In this document: positions 18,970 through 28,621 of the stretch, one piece after another
How the letters are laid out: every line of letters begins with the position of its first letter
How positions within the stretch are numbered: position 1 is the stretch's first letter
Source of the DNA: Acidimicrobiia bacterium
GTDB taxonomy: Bacteria > Actinomycetota > Acidimicrobiia > IMCC26256 > JAENVU01
Direction of reading: 5' to 3'
Assembly (NCBI GenBank): GCA_025361725.1
Contig: JANYJV010000010.1
Span: forward strand, 6,541-70,540
Length of the DNA stretch: 64,000 bases
Translations under genes and position numbers: made by a program
The notes under the pieces: generated by a model
Seen by the model: the letters and a program-made list of their open reading frames with translations, nothing else
What the model was told of the DNA's origin: nothing
The model's database searches: none

Positions 18970-19983
18970 ATGGACCTCCCTTGCGTGTGGGACGCACCCC
19001 GACCGTACGTGCATCCGCTCACCACTCCCGCCGGCGCGATGCTCAGCGTGGAGGCGCCGGCGGATCACCCGTGGCATCACGCGCTGTGGTTCACGATCAA
19101 GTTCCTGAACGGCGAGAACTTCTGGGAGGAGTACGGCGAGTTCGGCACGCTGCGCACGATCGATGTCTCGCCTGTCGAAGGCGGCGTGCGCGCCACCCTC
19201 GATTGGATTGCACCCGACGATGCGGAGGTGCGGCTGCACGAGGTACGTACGATCACCACTCATCGTGTCGACGACGACGCATACGCGATCGACTGGCACG
19301 AGTTCCTCACCGTGCCGGCCGACACCGTGCTCGATCGGACTCCGTTCACCAGGTGGGGTGGCTACGGCGGCCTGACGTTCCGCGGCGCGCCGGACTTCAC
19401 CGACACCGTGATCCGCCTCGCCGACGGCACCGACCGCGACCGCGCCCTCGGCGACCCCTCCCCCTGGCTCTCCATCGAAGGCACCCCTCATACTTGGATA
19501 GCTTCCGAGCCGCAGCGCAGCGGAGGCGAGCAGGTCGGAAGCATCCCGACCAACCGCGCGAGCACCGACACCGAGCGGACGACCAGAAATGACGGAGGCG
19601 AGCAGGTCGGAAGCATCCCGACCCGCCAACACGCAGCCGACTCGCTCCCGAGCCGCAGCGCAGCGGAGGCGAGCAGCTCGGAAGGGAGCCCACGAACTCC
19701 CCAGGTCCCTCGATCGGCGACCGTACGAGCAGACAAGCAAGCGGGAATCATCATGTTCGATCATCCGGACAATCCGCGGTCGCCGTCGCCTTGGTACGCG
19801 AGCACGAAGGCGGACACCTACGGCGAGGGATGGGCCAACTTCGTGAACGCAGCGTTCCTGTGGGACGACCCTCTCACGATCGCCGCGAACGAGGACCTCG
19901 ACCTCCGGTATCGAGTGATCGTGCACGACGGGCACTGGGACACCGACCGCATCGGCGCCGAGTACGCCCGGTGGGTCGCCTGA
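18970..19983 (+). CDS. PmoA-family (DUF6807-like) protein with an in-frame repeat insertion
   Basis: RPYVHPLTTPAG, PADHPWHHALWF, NFW, GGYGGLTFR, DHPDNP, RYRVIVHDG; about 80 aa insert at 19490-19740. Confidence 0.8.
   Translation: MDLPCVWDAPRPYVHPLTTPAGAMLSVEAPADHPWHHALWFTIKFLNGENFWEEYGEFGTLRTIDVSPVEGGVRATLDWIAPDDAEVRLHEVRTITTHRVDDDAYAIDWHEFLTVPADTVLDRTPFTRWGGYGGLTFRGAPDFTDTVIRLADGTDRDRALGDPSPWLSIEGTPHTWIASEPQRSGGEQVGSIPTNRASTDTERTTRNDGGEQVGSIPTRQHAADSLPSRSAAEASSSEGSPRTPQVPRSATVRADKQAGIIMFDHPDNPRSPSPWYASTKADTYGEGWANFVNAAFLWDDPLTIAANEDLDLRYRVIVHDGHWDTDRIGAEYARWVA
19503..19740 (+). repeat. Repeat family B mosaic inside a CDS
   Basis: Two CCGAGCCGCAGCGCAGCGGAGGCGAGCAG modules and two GGTCGGAAGCATCCCGACC modules, homologous to 16251-16410. 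Confidence 0.9.
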
Positions 19984-22634
19984 TGCCGGACAGTCACGCG
20001 CTCGGCGACGAACTGCTGAGCTTCGTGACCAGCACCCTGACGCAGCTCGCCACCACCCACTTCCCGGACTGGCGGATCCCGCGAACGTTCGCCGGCCACC
20101 GCGTCGACGCGGACGTGCGCGCCGACCTCGTCTTCACCCTCACGCACCTCGCGCAGGGCGGCGTCACCGAAGTCGCCGGCGATCCGATCGACGAGGTCAT
20201 CGCCCGGCTGCTCACCGAGGTCGACGGCCGCACCACGCACACCTTCTTCTCGTATCGAATCGCCGAGACCCTGCTGCGACGAGGTCCCTTCGCCGCCAAC
20301 CCGCTGCTCGCCGACGCGACCGATGCTCAGCGCGCGGAGGTCGATCGTGCCACCGACAGCCGGGACTGGATCGAACTGCTCGACACGGACCTCCTTCCTC
20401 GCAACTACGCGGCGGTGTTGTCCCGTTGCGAACTGGCCCGCACCGACCTCGGACTGGCGCAGGACCCAGGCGTCCTCACGTCCCTCGTCGAGCGGCTCGC
20501 GACCCTCCTGAATCAGAACCCGCTCGGCGCGCTCGACGACTCGAACGACGGCTCCGGCCGATACGACATCTACACGGCCGACATCTGGTTGTTCTGCGAA
20601 CCGCTCGCGGACCGGCTCGGGGAGTTCTGGCGGCACGGCGCCCGCGCCACACTGGACCTCGTCGACGCGGTCGCCGGGCCGGACGGCGCGGCCATCCCAT
20701 GGGGCCGTTCCACCGGCGTCCTCGCCACGGTGCTCACGGTCGAGCTCGCGGCGCTGGCGTTGCATTCCCAGCTCCGTGACGACCGCGCGAGCAGCTGGAT
20801 CCGCCGCGGCATCGACGCGTTCCGCGCCACTCGTCATCGGTTCGACACCGACGGCGTCATCGACGCGCACCGGCACCGGAATCAAGACGAGTACCGAGGC
20901 CCGGCGCGCCGGCTGCAACTCACGCTCGACGTGCTCGGGAAGCTCGCGTGGGCCGGCGCAGCACTCGGATCGGCGGACGCAATCGAACCAGCGTCACCAC
21001 TCGAGACGTACCGACCGCGGGACGGTCGTATCGACTTCGAGGCCGATCGTCACGCGGCCGTTTGGGCGAGCGCCAACCCCGCGCGGCGGGTGGTCATCCC
21101 CTTCGTCGGGGCAACGCGCAGCCACTACTTCCCCGTCCCCCACGCGCCCGGCACGTTCGAGGCGCCCGTCGACAACGACCAGGTGGTCTGGGCGCCGCTC
21201 ATCATCGACGGTGCGCGTCGTGCGACCACCGCACACCTCCCGGCGGACCTCACCACCTCGGCGCACGCCGTCACCGCGCGCTGGGACGCCCTGAAGGTCT
21301 GTGGCCTCGGTCCCGGCGGCAGCACGCCCGATCCCCTTGCCGGGTCGTGCACCACCACCTACGAGCTCGACCGCCGGACGCTGGTCGTGACCCACGACCT
21401 CAAGTTGGCAGGCGAGCCCGACGCGATCTCGATGCTGATCCCGGAGACTGAACGCACCGAGCTCCGCGTGGAGTTCACCGCCGATGTCTCGCACGCGATC
21501 ACGACGATCGAGGTCGGCGGTATCGCCGAATGGTCAACCCCGTATTCGGGGCTGCGCCGCGTCCATCAACTCGATGTCGACCCGACCACCCGGGTGCGCA
21601 TGAGCGCTCGGGTCACGCCGTTGTTGCGGGTCGCGTCGACGGCGCACGGGCACTGGTACGACCGCCTGCTGTATGCGCCGATGGCCGATCGCGTTCGAGG
21701 GATGCCCGCCCCGCTCGGGGTCCTCGCGGACCGATCGGTCGATCTCGATGATGTCGAGTTGCTCCATCTCCACTGGCCGGAGTGGTTCGGGTTCGACGAT
21801 CCGTCGGTGCACGCCGAACTCATCACAACGCTGGCCGACCGCGGGATTCCGATCGTGTGGACAGCACACAACCTGACGCCTCATGACCGTCGACCCGAGG
21901 TCTACGACCCGATCTACCAGCAGTGGGCCACCGCGGCCGACGCAGTCATCCATCACTCCGAATACGGACGGGCACGAATGCTCGCCCGCTACTCGTTCCG
22001 CCCGGTGTGCCGTCACGAGACCATCGTGCACGGTCACTTCGGCGAGCTCTGGCCGGCGGCGCACACCATGACGCGCGCTGAAGCCGAGCGAGGCCTGGGA
22101 TTCGAGCCGACCAACATCCGGATCGGTCTCGTCGGCGCGCCGCGTGAGGACAAGAAGGTGCTGGAGTTCCTCGACGCCGTCACTCGTTGTACGCGTGAGG
22201 ACATCCAGGTCGCGTGTTGGTCACTCCGCATCGACCAAACCGCGCCGGACGACCCGCGCATCGTGGTCGCCGATCGCTATCGCGGCGTCGACGACGTCAT
22301 CTACGCGACCCGGCTCGCGGCGTGTGACGTCCTCGCCTTTCCGTTCGACCCCGAGGGAGACATGCTCGCGACCGGCACGATTGCCGACGCGATCGGCGTC
22401 GGCATCCCCGCGCTCGTCTCCGAATGGCCGTTCCTCACCGAGATGCTCGGCGGCGCAGGAATTCCGTGCGGGCACACGGCGTCGACCATCGCCGCCGCGC
22501 TTGAGACCCTCACCCGCGCCGACGTCGACACCGCGGCCGCGGCGATGAAGGCGTCGCGATCGAGCTTCGACTGGGCGCCGCTCGCACACTGCACCGCCGA
22601 CCTCTTCGACCGCGTCGTCCTCGCCGAAGCCTGA
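19983..22634 (+). CDS. 883-aa fusion: DUF2264-like helical domain + beta region + C-terminal GT-B (GT4-like) glycosyltransferase
   Basis: TGATG coupling to the upstream gene; N-part GRYDIYT and PDGAAIPWGRS; C-part HLHWPEW, WTAHN, ADAVIHHS, DVLAFPF, ADAIGVGIPALVS. Confidence 0.65.
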   Translation: MPDSHALGDELLSFVTSTLTQLATTHFPDWRIPRTFAGHRVDADVRADLVFTLTHLAQGGVTEVAGDPIDEVIARLLTEVDGRTTHTFFSYRIAETLLRRGPFAANPLLADATDAQRAEVDRATDSRDWIELLDTDLLPRNYAAVLSRCELARTDLGLAQDPGVLTSLVERLATLLNQNPLGALDDSNDGSGRYDIYTADIWLFCEPLADRLGEFWRHGARATLDLVDAVAGPDGAAIPWGRSTGVLATVLTVELAALALHSQLRDDRASSWIRRGIDAFRATRHRFDTDGVIDAHRHRNQDEYRGPARRLQLTLDVLGKLAWAGAALGSADAIEPASPLETYRPRDGRIDFEADRHAAVWASANPARRVVIPFVGATRSHYFPVPHAPGTFEAPVDNDQVVWAPLIIDGARRATTAHLPADLTTSAHAVTARWDALKVCGLGPGGSTPDPLAGSCTTTYELDRRTLVVTHDLKLAGEPDAISMLIPETERTELRVEFTADVSHAITTIEVGGIAEWSTPYSGLRRVHQLDVDPTTRVRMSARVTPLLRVASTAHGHWYDRLLYAPMADRVRGMPAPLGVLADRSVDLDDVELLHLHWPEWFGFDDPSVHAELITTLADRGIPIVWTAHNLTPHDRRPEVYDPIYQQWATAADAVIHHSEYGRARMLARYSFRPVCRHETIVHGHFGELWPAAHTMTRAEAERGLGFEPTNIRIGLVGAPREDKKVLEFLDAVTRCTREDIQVACWSLRIDQTAPDDPRIVVADRYRGVDDVIYATRLAACDVLAFPFDPEGDMLATGTIADAIGVGIPALVSEWPFLTEMLGGAGIPCGHTASTIAAALETLTRADVDTAAAAMKASRSSFDWAPLAHCTADLFDRVVLAEA

Positions 22635-22659
22635 CTCGACTCCACCTCTCTACCCTCCC

Positions 22660-22740
22660 ACCGCCAACCCCCTTCGACCAACTGGCGTCTGCTGACGCTC
22701 ACAGCGGCCTCAGACACCAAACGCTGAGGGTTGGGGTGCG
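22660..22740. repeat. Palindromic REP-like element (diverged family A) between convergent genes
   Basis: CCAACCC...CTGGCGTCTG...CAGACACCA...GGGTTGG imperfect inverted repeat. Confidence 0.5.
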
Positions 22741-22744
22741 CGGC

Positions 22745-23533
22745 GGGGTCGTCGGACGCGGTCAACCAGCGGTTGAGGACGGCGGCGTCGTGGCGGAGAG
22801 CGGCGGGCGCATCGTCTCGCACGAATTCGAGGAACGCGTACCGATCCACAGTCCGCGCGCCGATCGACATCGCCGTCACACTCAAGACGGCGTCCCAACG
22901 ATCCACGCCTTCGGCGAGAGGGCGGCGGTCATCGGCACTCGCCCATTCGTAGACGTGGAGATGCGAGAGCCGTGATCCCAACTCGACGACTTCGGCGGCG
23001 TCGGCGGAAGGACCCAGGCTGTCCCGCCAATACGGCGGCTGCCAGTAGGTGAAGAGGTTCGGCGCGCCGACCGTGTCGAGCAACGACCGGGGTCCCGGCG
23101 ACGGTCGCGGTCGGTGTCCCGCCATGGAATTCCAACCCGACGGTGAGCTCACGAGCGTCGGCCAGCGAACAGAACGCGGCGAGGCCATCGACGACGGCGC
23201 GGTACTGCTGCGACCTCTGCTCCACACCGAACCCGGCCCACACCCGAACGTTGGGCGCGCCGAGCGCGAACGCGGTGTCCAGCGTCACGTCCATCTCGTC
23301 GCGATCCGGTACCGACCCCGCGAACACGTACGACCCGTAGGACGCGACGACGAGACCCGCAGCCACCGACGCGGTGCGCGCCCGCGCTGCGCGGCGAGGT
23401 CGCCGGGTGGCACGTGCACGTCGCCACCCCACTCGATGCCGCCCAGTTCGCACTCCGCGGCGAGGCGAGCCACCGCGTCGACGGTCTCGGCCCGCAAGGT
23501 CACCGAACAGAGTCCGGGCCGGATGCGGGTCAC
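22745..23533 (-). pseudogene. Sugar-phosphate isomerase/epimerase (xylose-isomerase-like TIM barrel), two frameshifts
   Basis: GLCSVTLR..GIEWGGDVHVP; SYGSY..VRVWAG..LEFHGGT; YWQP..SHLHV..FLEFV lie in three successive reading frames. Confidence 0.8.
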
Positions 23534-24534
23534 GCGATGCGGTCCAGGTCCTCTGCCTGCACCGGGTACCGCGGCATTTCACCCGCAACGAATCGCTCCA
23601 CTTCCTGCACCGCGAGTTCGGAGAGCCGGACCAACTCGTTTCCCATCGCCCCGGCGACGTGCGGAGTGATGAACGCGTTCGGCAACGCCAAGAGGGGATG
23701 GCCGGCGGGAAGTGGATCCGGCTCGGTCACGTCGAGCACCGCGGCCAGCCGGCCGGCAGTGAGCTCGGCAATCAGCGCGTCCTGGTCGATCAGCGCAGGA
23801 CGCGCGGTGTTGAGCACGGTCACACCGTCGTTCAGGAGCGCAAGCTGCGCGGCCCCGATCATCCCGCGTGTCGAAGGGATGTCCGGAGCATGGATTGAGA
23901 GCAGGTCGACCGACGCACACAGCTCGTCGAGATCGTCGACCTTGGTGACGCCCATCGCGGCGGCATCGGCCGCAGTAAGGAACGGATCGAACACCGAGAT
24001 CACGAGATCCGTGTCACGAAGTCGTTCGATGACCAGCCGACCGACGAAGGACGCGCCGACGATCCCGACCCGAGCGCCGCAGTTCCCAACCTTCGAGAGG
24101 TTTAGCGGCACCTTGACTCCGGGTGTGCGCACGAGTTCCCGCACGAGGAACACGCCCTTGTTCGCAAGCAGGATCGCACCGACCGCGTAGTCCGCGACCG
24201 GAACGGCGTTTGCGGCTGCTGCCGACGTCACCACGACCCCGCGCTCCCAGACCGCGTAAGTGACCTGCCACTTCACCGTGCCCGCGCCGTACGCGAACAG
24301 TTCGAGCTTCGGTGCGAGCGCCATCACCTCGGGCGTCAGGGTTGGACAGCCCCAGTGGCCGACGAGGATCTCGGCGCGGGCCAACGCGGCCGCAGCCCGA
24401 TCGTCGTCGAAGTTCGAGAACGGCCGCGGGTCGAGGATCTCGCCGATCGCGGCGAGCCGGTGCAACTGATCGGGAGTGAACAAGTGCTCGACCATGCCGT
24501 CGAGCATCCCGAACACGATCGTGGGCTTCGCCAT
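23530..24534 (-). CDS. D-isomer-specific 2-hydroxyacid dehydrogenase
   Basis: GIVGASFVG, SIHAP, LNTAR, LDVTEPDP, TPHVAG. Confidence 0.92.
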   Translation of the reverse strand: MAKPTIVFGMLDGMVEHLFTPDQLHRLAAIGEILDPRPFSNFDDDRAAAALARAEILVGHWGCPTLTPEVMALAPKLELFAYGAGTVKWQVTYAVWERGVVVTSAAAANAVPVADYAVGAILLANKGVFLVRELVRTPGVKVPLNLSKVGNCGARVGIVGASFVGRLVIERLRDTDLVISVFDPFLTAADAAAMGVTKVDDLDELCASVDLLSIHAPDIPSTRGMIGAAQLALLNDGVTVLNTARPALIDQDALIAELTAGRLAAVLDVTEPDPLPAGHPLLALPNAFITPHVAGAMGNELVRLSELAVQEVERFVAGEMPRYPVQAEDLDRIA

Positions 24535-24544
24535 AGAGGCCGAT

Positions 24545-24660
24545 ACTCGCGCGCCACTTCGGCTCGTCCGCTCCGTGGTTGAAAAGCGCGTGCCCTCCCG
24601 GACGCTCCCGAGCTGCTCGCTGCGCTCGTTTCGGTTCAGTCTGCTGCGCGAATTCACGCA
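24545..24660 (-). repeat. Diverged family-B-like repeat, intergenic
   Basis: Minus strand GAGCGCAGCGAGCAGCTCGGGAGCGTCCGGGA...GAGCGGACGAGCCGAAGT shares modules with the 16.3 and 19.5 kb repeats. Confidence 0.6.
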
Positions 24661-24730
24661 CGTCGTCTGCCACGTTGCGTGAAGGGCAACCACCGTGAGA
24701 GGCTAATCGTTCCTTGGGAAGGGGTCCTGG

Positions 24731-26959
24731 ATGCGGAAGTCGGTTGTCGTCGCGCTCGCGTTGGCCATGGTCGCGACAAGCTGTCGTGTGCTGTTGGTGC
24801 CCGATCCGCCCGGACCGCGAAGTCGTGATGGCTTCGTCGAGGCCGGATACTGGGCCCAGCGCCAGAACTCCTACCTGGACTACGCGTCGACGCAGTTCTC
24901 TCCCGGTTCTCCCACGAACCTGATCGCCAACGCCGAGCACTCTCGGCGGACCGGCACACCGTTCAACACCGCCGGCATCAGCGCCGCCAACTACGCGAAC
25001 TCGTTCTCGCGCATGGACAACTTCGTCGACACTGCGGACTTCGACCTCACCTACATCATGAACCTCTGGTACGGCTATCGCGATCTGCTCCCGGCAGATC
25101 TGAACGCCGGCATCGAGAGCCACATGCGGTCGTTCAAGTACTGGTTCACCGATGCCCAACCCACCGGCACGGTCGACCAGCGCTACTACTGGTCCGAGAA
25201 CCACCGGCTGCTGTTCCACGCCACCGAGTACCTCGCCGGTCAAGCGTTCCCGAACGACGTTTTCAGCTCGGACGGCAACACCGGCGCGTGGCACAAGGCT
25301 CGGGCGCGCGACTTCATCGACCAGTGGCTGACCGAGAAAGCCCGGTACGGCTTCACCGAATGGCACTCGGACGTCTACTACCAGAAGACCTTCGACGCGC
25401 TGCTCACGGTAGTCGAGTGGGTCGATGACCCGCTGCTCGCGCGCCGCGCATCCATGGTCCTGGACCTCTTGCTCTTCGACATGGCCCTCAACGTGCAGAA
25501 GGGCAACTTCGGCGCCACTCACGGTCGCTCGTACATGAAAGACAAGAGCATCGCGACCGACCAGGACGTCTTCGGCCTCAACAAGTTGCTGTTCGACGAC
25601 ACCAGCCTTCCCTACGACAGCACCAGTGACGCCGGCGCGGCCCTCATGGCACGCGCGCAGAAGTACCGCGTGCCGGCGGTCATCCTGCGCGTCGGCCAGT
25701 CGAAGCACACGACCGTCGACCAGGAACATATGGGCGTTCCCCTCGACGCCGGTGCGCCCGTCGACCACACCCAGACCGGCATCGACGGTCACTCCTTCAC
25801 CGATCCGAAGGAAGTGGCGTTCTGGTGGGAGCGCGGCGCGCAGACGGCGTGGCAGACGGTGCCACTGACCCTGGACACCCTCGACAGCACCGGCTTGTGG
25901 GAGTCGGACTTCTTCAAACCGTTCAAGCCGATCGCCGACATCACCGGCGGCGACCGCACCGTCGCGCAGAACCTCTCGCAGCAGCTCGAGCCGATGCTCG
26001 GCTTCGCGCTCCTCACCGCAGTGGATACCTACACCTACCGCAGCGACTCGGTCATGTTGTCGACCGCGCAGTCCTACCGTCCCGGCAAGTTCGCCGAGCA
26101 GGCGCATGTCTCCCAAGCCACGCTCGACGAGAAGGCGATCGTCTTCGTCACGCATCCGAAGAACGAGCCGCAGTCCGGCACGCAATGGCCGGACAACGAC
26201 GGCTACTGGACCGGGTCGGGCTCACTCCCCCGGGCCGCACAGCACGGTGCGCTCTCGATGAGTCTCTACGCGCCGGTCTTCACCAACCCGGCGCCGCCGC
26301 TCACCGCGTTCCGCTACCTGCCGTACACGCACGCGTACTTCCCGCAGGAGCGCTTCGACGAAGTGACCCAAGGCGGCAACTGGACGTTCGGACGCAAGGG
26401 TGACGGGTACGTCGCGCTCTACTCCTGGCGCCCCACGCACTGGCGCACGTATTCGGACCCGACGATCTTCACCCACGGGTTGACCCAGTCCTTCGACCTC
26501 GTCGCCGACGGTGGACCGGACAACGTGTGGCTCACGCAGGTGGGCGACGCTGCGAAGTTCGGCAACTTTGCGTCCTTCCGGAACGCGGTCCTCGCGAACC
26601 CGGTTGCCGTCACTCCTCGCCCGGCGAACGGTGAGCTCCCCGGCGGGTTCGACACCAGCTACGCGTCTCCCACGGAAGGGACCGTCGCGTTCGGAACCAC
26701 GGGGTCGCTCACGGTGAAGGGCATCGCCACTCCGCTCGCCACCGGCAAGCGCTTCGACAACCCGTGGTCGCTCGCCAACGTCGGTTCCCAGCAGATCACC
26801 ATCGCCGACGCCGCCGGCAAGCTGGATCTGGACTTTGCGACCGCGTCACGAACTGCGAGTTCGACCCGTCGTCACCGCCCGCACGATCGTCAAGGTGGGA
26901 ACGGCGACGGCAATGACGACGAGCATGGGAACCACGACCAGCCGGACCGTTCTCGGTGA
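24731..26959 (+). CDS. Secreted lipoprotein, heparinase II/III-like toroid + beta-sandwich architecture
   Basis: Signal peptide with lipobox ATSC; WSENH, GFTEWHSDVYY and HGRSY motifs reminiscent of polysaccharide-lyase-like toroids. Confidence 0.55.
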   Translation: MRKSVVVALALAMVATSCRVLLVPDPPGPRSRDGFVEAGYWAQRQNSYLDYASTQFSPGSPTNLIANAEHSRRTGTPFNTAGISAANYANSFSRMDNFVDTADFDLTYIMNLWYGYRDLLPADLNAGIESHMRSFKYWFTDAQPTGTVDQRYYWSENHRLLFHATEYLAGQAFPNDVFSSDGNTGAWHKARARDFIDQWLTEKARYGFTEWHSDVYYQKTFDALLTVVEWVDDPLLARRASMVLDLLLFDMALNVQKGNFGATHGRSYMKDKSIATDQDVFGLNKLLFDDTSLPYDSTSDAGAALMARAQKYRVPAVILRVGQSKHTTVDQEHMGVPLDAGAPVDHTQTGIDGHSFTDPKEVAFWWERGAQTAWQTVPLTLDTLDSTGLWESDFFKPFKPIADITGGDRTVAQNLSQQLEPMLGFALLTAVDTYTYRSDSVMLSTAQSYRPGKFAEQAHVSQATLDEKAIVFVTHPKNEPQSGTQWPDNDGYWTGSGSLPRAAQHGALSMSLYAPVFTNPAPPLTAFRYLPYTHAYFPQERFDEVTQGGNWTFGRKGDGYVALYSWRPTHWRTYSDPTIFTHGLTQSFDLVADGGPDNVWLTQVGDAAKFGNFASFRNAVLANPVAVTPRPANGELPGGFDTSYASPTEGTVAFGTTGSLTVKGIATPLATGKRFDNPWSLANVGSQQITIADAAGKLDLDFATASRTASSTRRHRPHDRQGGNGDGNDDEHGNHDQPDRSR

Positions 26960-27067
26960 CCGTGTCCCACGCGCCCCACTCGGCGCGTCGGACCGGCACC
27001 CACCACGAAGCGCGGTGAAGCTCGCCGCTATCCTCGCCGCCGTGACCCACCCGCCACGTTGCGAACG

Positions 27068-28603
27068 ATGACCCACGCCCTCGGCATCGACGTCGGCACC
27101 ACCAACGCCAAGGTCGCGCTCGTCGACGACACCGGCCGCTTGGTCACCGCCGCGGCCCGCCCGATCACCACCACGCGCGACGGCGAGGTCGCCGAGCAAG
27201 ACGCCGCGCAACTCTGGGTCGCGGTCTGCGATGCCGTGCGTGAGGTCGTCAGCGCCGCGCCGGACGGAGCGGCGGACATCGGACACATCGGGGTCGACAG
27301 CCAATACTCCTCGACGGTGCCGGTCGACGCGGCTGGAAATGCCGTCGGCCCGCTGATCATGTACCTCGACCGCAGGGGCACGGACCACTGCCTGGCGATC
27401 TTCGGCCGCGATCCCGATGCGTTCATGGCGTTCGTCGAGCACCACGGCATTCCGCCCGTCGGAGGTGGGGTCTCGCTGTCTCACATGTTGTACTTCCAAC
27501 ACGATCGGCCCGAAATCCACGCTCGTACCCATGCGTACCTCGAACCCATGGACTTCGTGATCGCGCAACTCACCGGCGTCGTCGCCGCCAACCAGTGCAC
27601 GCAGTTCACCTCGCTGTTGTGTGACAACCGCACACTCGGCAGCACCGAGTACGACCCCGAACTCCTGCGCATGAGCGGCGCGGATCCGGACACGCTTCCA
27701 CCGCTGCGATCGTTAATCGACCCGATCGGAACCCTGCTGGCCGAGGTGGCGGCCGACCTCGGGCTGCCGGCGGGCGCCATCGTCCACGCGCCGATCAACG
27801 ACAGCCACGCCGGCGCCATTGCCACCGGCGCGCGCCGCGCCGATCGCATGGGGCTGATGATCGGCACCACCTCGGTGTTGCTCGACACCACGGACCGCCA
27901 CGGCACCGACCTCGACCATGAGGTCCTGACCATGCCGAGTCCGTTCCCCGGCGAATACATCGTGTGGGCCGAAAACGGTCTGGGCGGCAAGGTCGTCGAG
28001 CACATGTTGGAGCGGGTCGTCCACGCGTCCGACGAGCTCGGCGATCATTCGACCGCGGACCAGTTCGCGCAACTCGATCAACTGTTGAGCGCGGTGGCGC
28101 CGGGAAGCAACGGCGCGATCTTCATGCCGTGGCTGGCGGGTTCGCTCTCACCCGTCGCGGATACCAACATGCGCGGCGGGTTCCTCAATCTCTCGCTCGA
28201 CACGGAACGTCGCCACCTGGTGCGTGCGGTGATCGAAGGCGTGGGATTCAACCTCGCCTGGCTGCTCCCGGTGGTCGAGACGTTCTCGGGCCACCCGGAC
28301 CAGGAGATCATCTTCGGCGGTGGCGCGGCCCGTTCTGCGCACTGGGTCCAGACCTTGGCCGACATCTTCGACCGACCGGTGTCGGCGCTCACCGATCCCC
28401 ATCAGGTGATCGCCCGAGCCACCGCAATGCTCGCATTGAATCGCGGCGGCGTCCTCACCACCGACGATCTCGACCGCATGGTCGACGTCGCCACCAAGGT
28501 CGAGCCGCGCCCTGAACATCGGGCGACCTACGACCGCCTGCTCACCCAGTACGTCGCCGCGTTCGACGCCCTGCGCCCCATCTACGCAACCTTGAATACT
28601 TGA
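27068..28603 (+). CDS. FGGY-family carbohydrate kinase (xylulokinase-like)
   Basis: GIDVGTTNAK, YLDRRG, NDSHAG, IGTTS, RAVIEGV, GGGAARS. Confidence 0.92.
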   Translation: MTHALGIDVGTTNAKVALVDDTGRLVTAAARPITTTRDGEVAEQDAAQLWVAVCDAVREVVSAAPDGAADIGHIGVDSQYSSTVPVDAAGNAVGPLIMYLDRRGTDHCLAIFGRDPDAFMAFVEHHGIPPVGGGVSLSHMLYFQHDRPEIHARTHAYLEPMDFVIAQLTGVVAANQCTQFTSLLCDNRTLGSTEYDPELLRMSGADPDTLPPLRSLIDPIGTLLAEVAADLGLPAGAIVHAPINDSHAGAIATGARRADRMGLMIGTTSVLLDTTDRHGTDLDHEVLTMPSPFPGEYIVWAENGLGGKVVEHMLERVVHASDELGDHSTADQFAQLDQLLSAVAPGSNGAIFMPWLAGSLSPVADTNMRGGFLNLSLDTERRHLVRAVIEGVGFNLAWLLPVVETFSGHPDQEIIFGGGAARSAHWVQTLADIFDRPVSALTDPHQVIARATAMLALNRGGVLTTDDLDRMVDVATKVEPRPEHRATYDRLLTQYVAAFDALRPIYATLNT

Positions 28604-28621
28604 ACCGAGGAAAGGCCCTTC

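Noticed and set aside
18970-19983. Particulate methane monooxygenase
   Set aside because: The PmoA-family label here refers to a soluble domain found in sugar clusters; there are no membrane helices and no pmoB/pmoC.
24014-26185. 723-aa minus-strand ORF and many similar long antisense ORFs
   Set aside because: Shadow ORFs opposite well-supported genes, expected in high-GC DNA, with no motifs.
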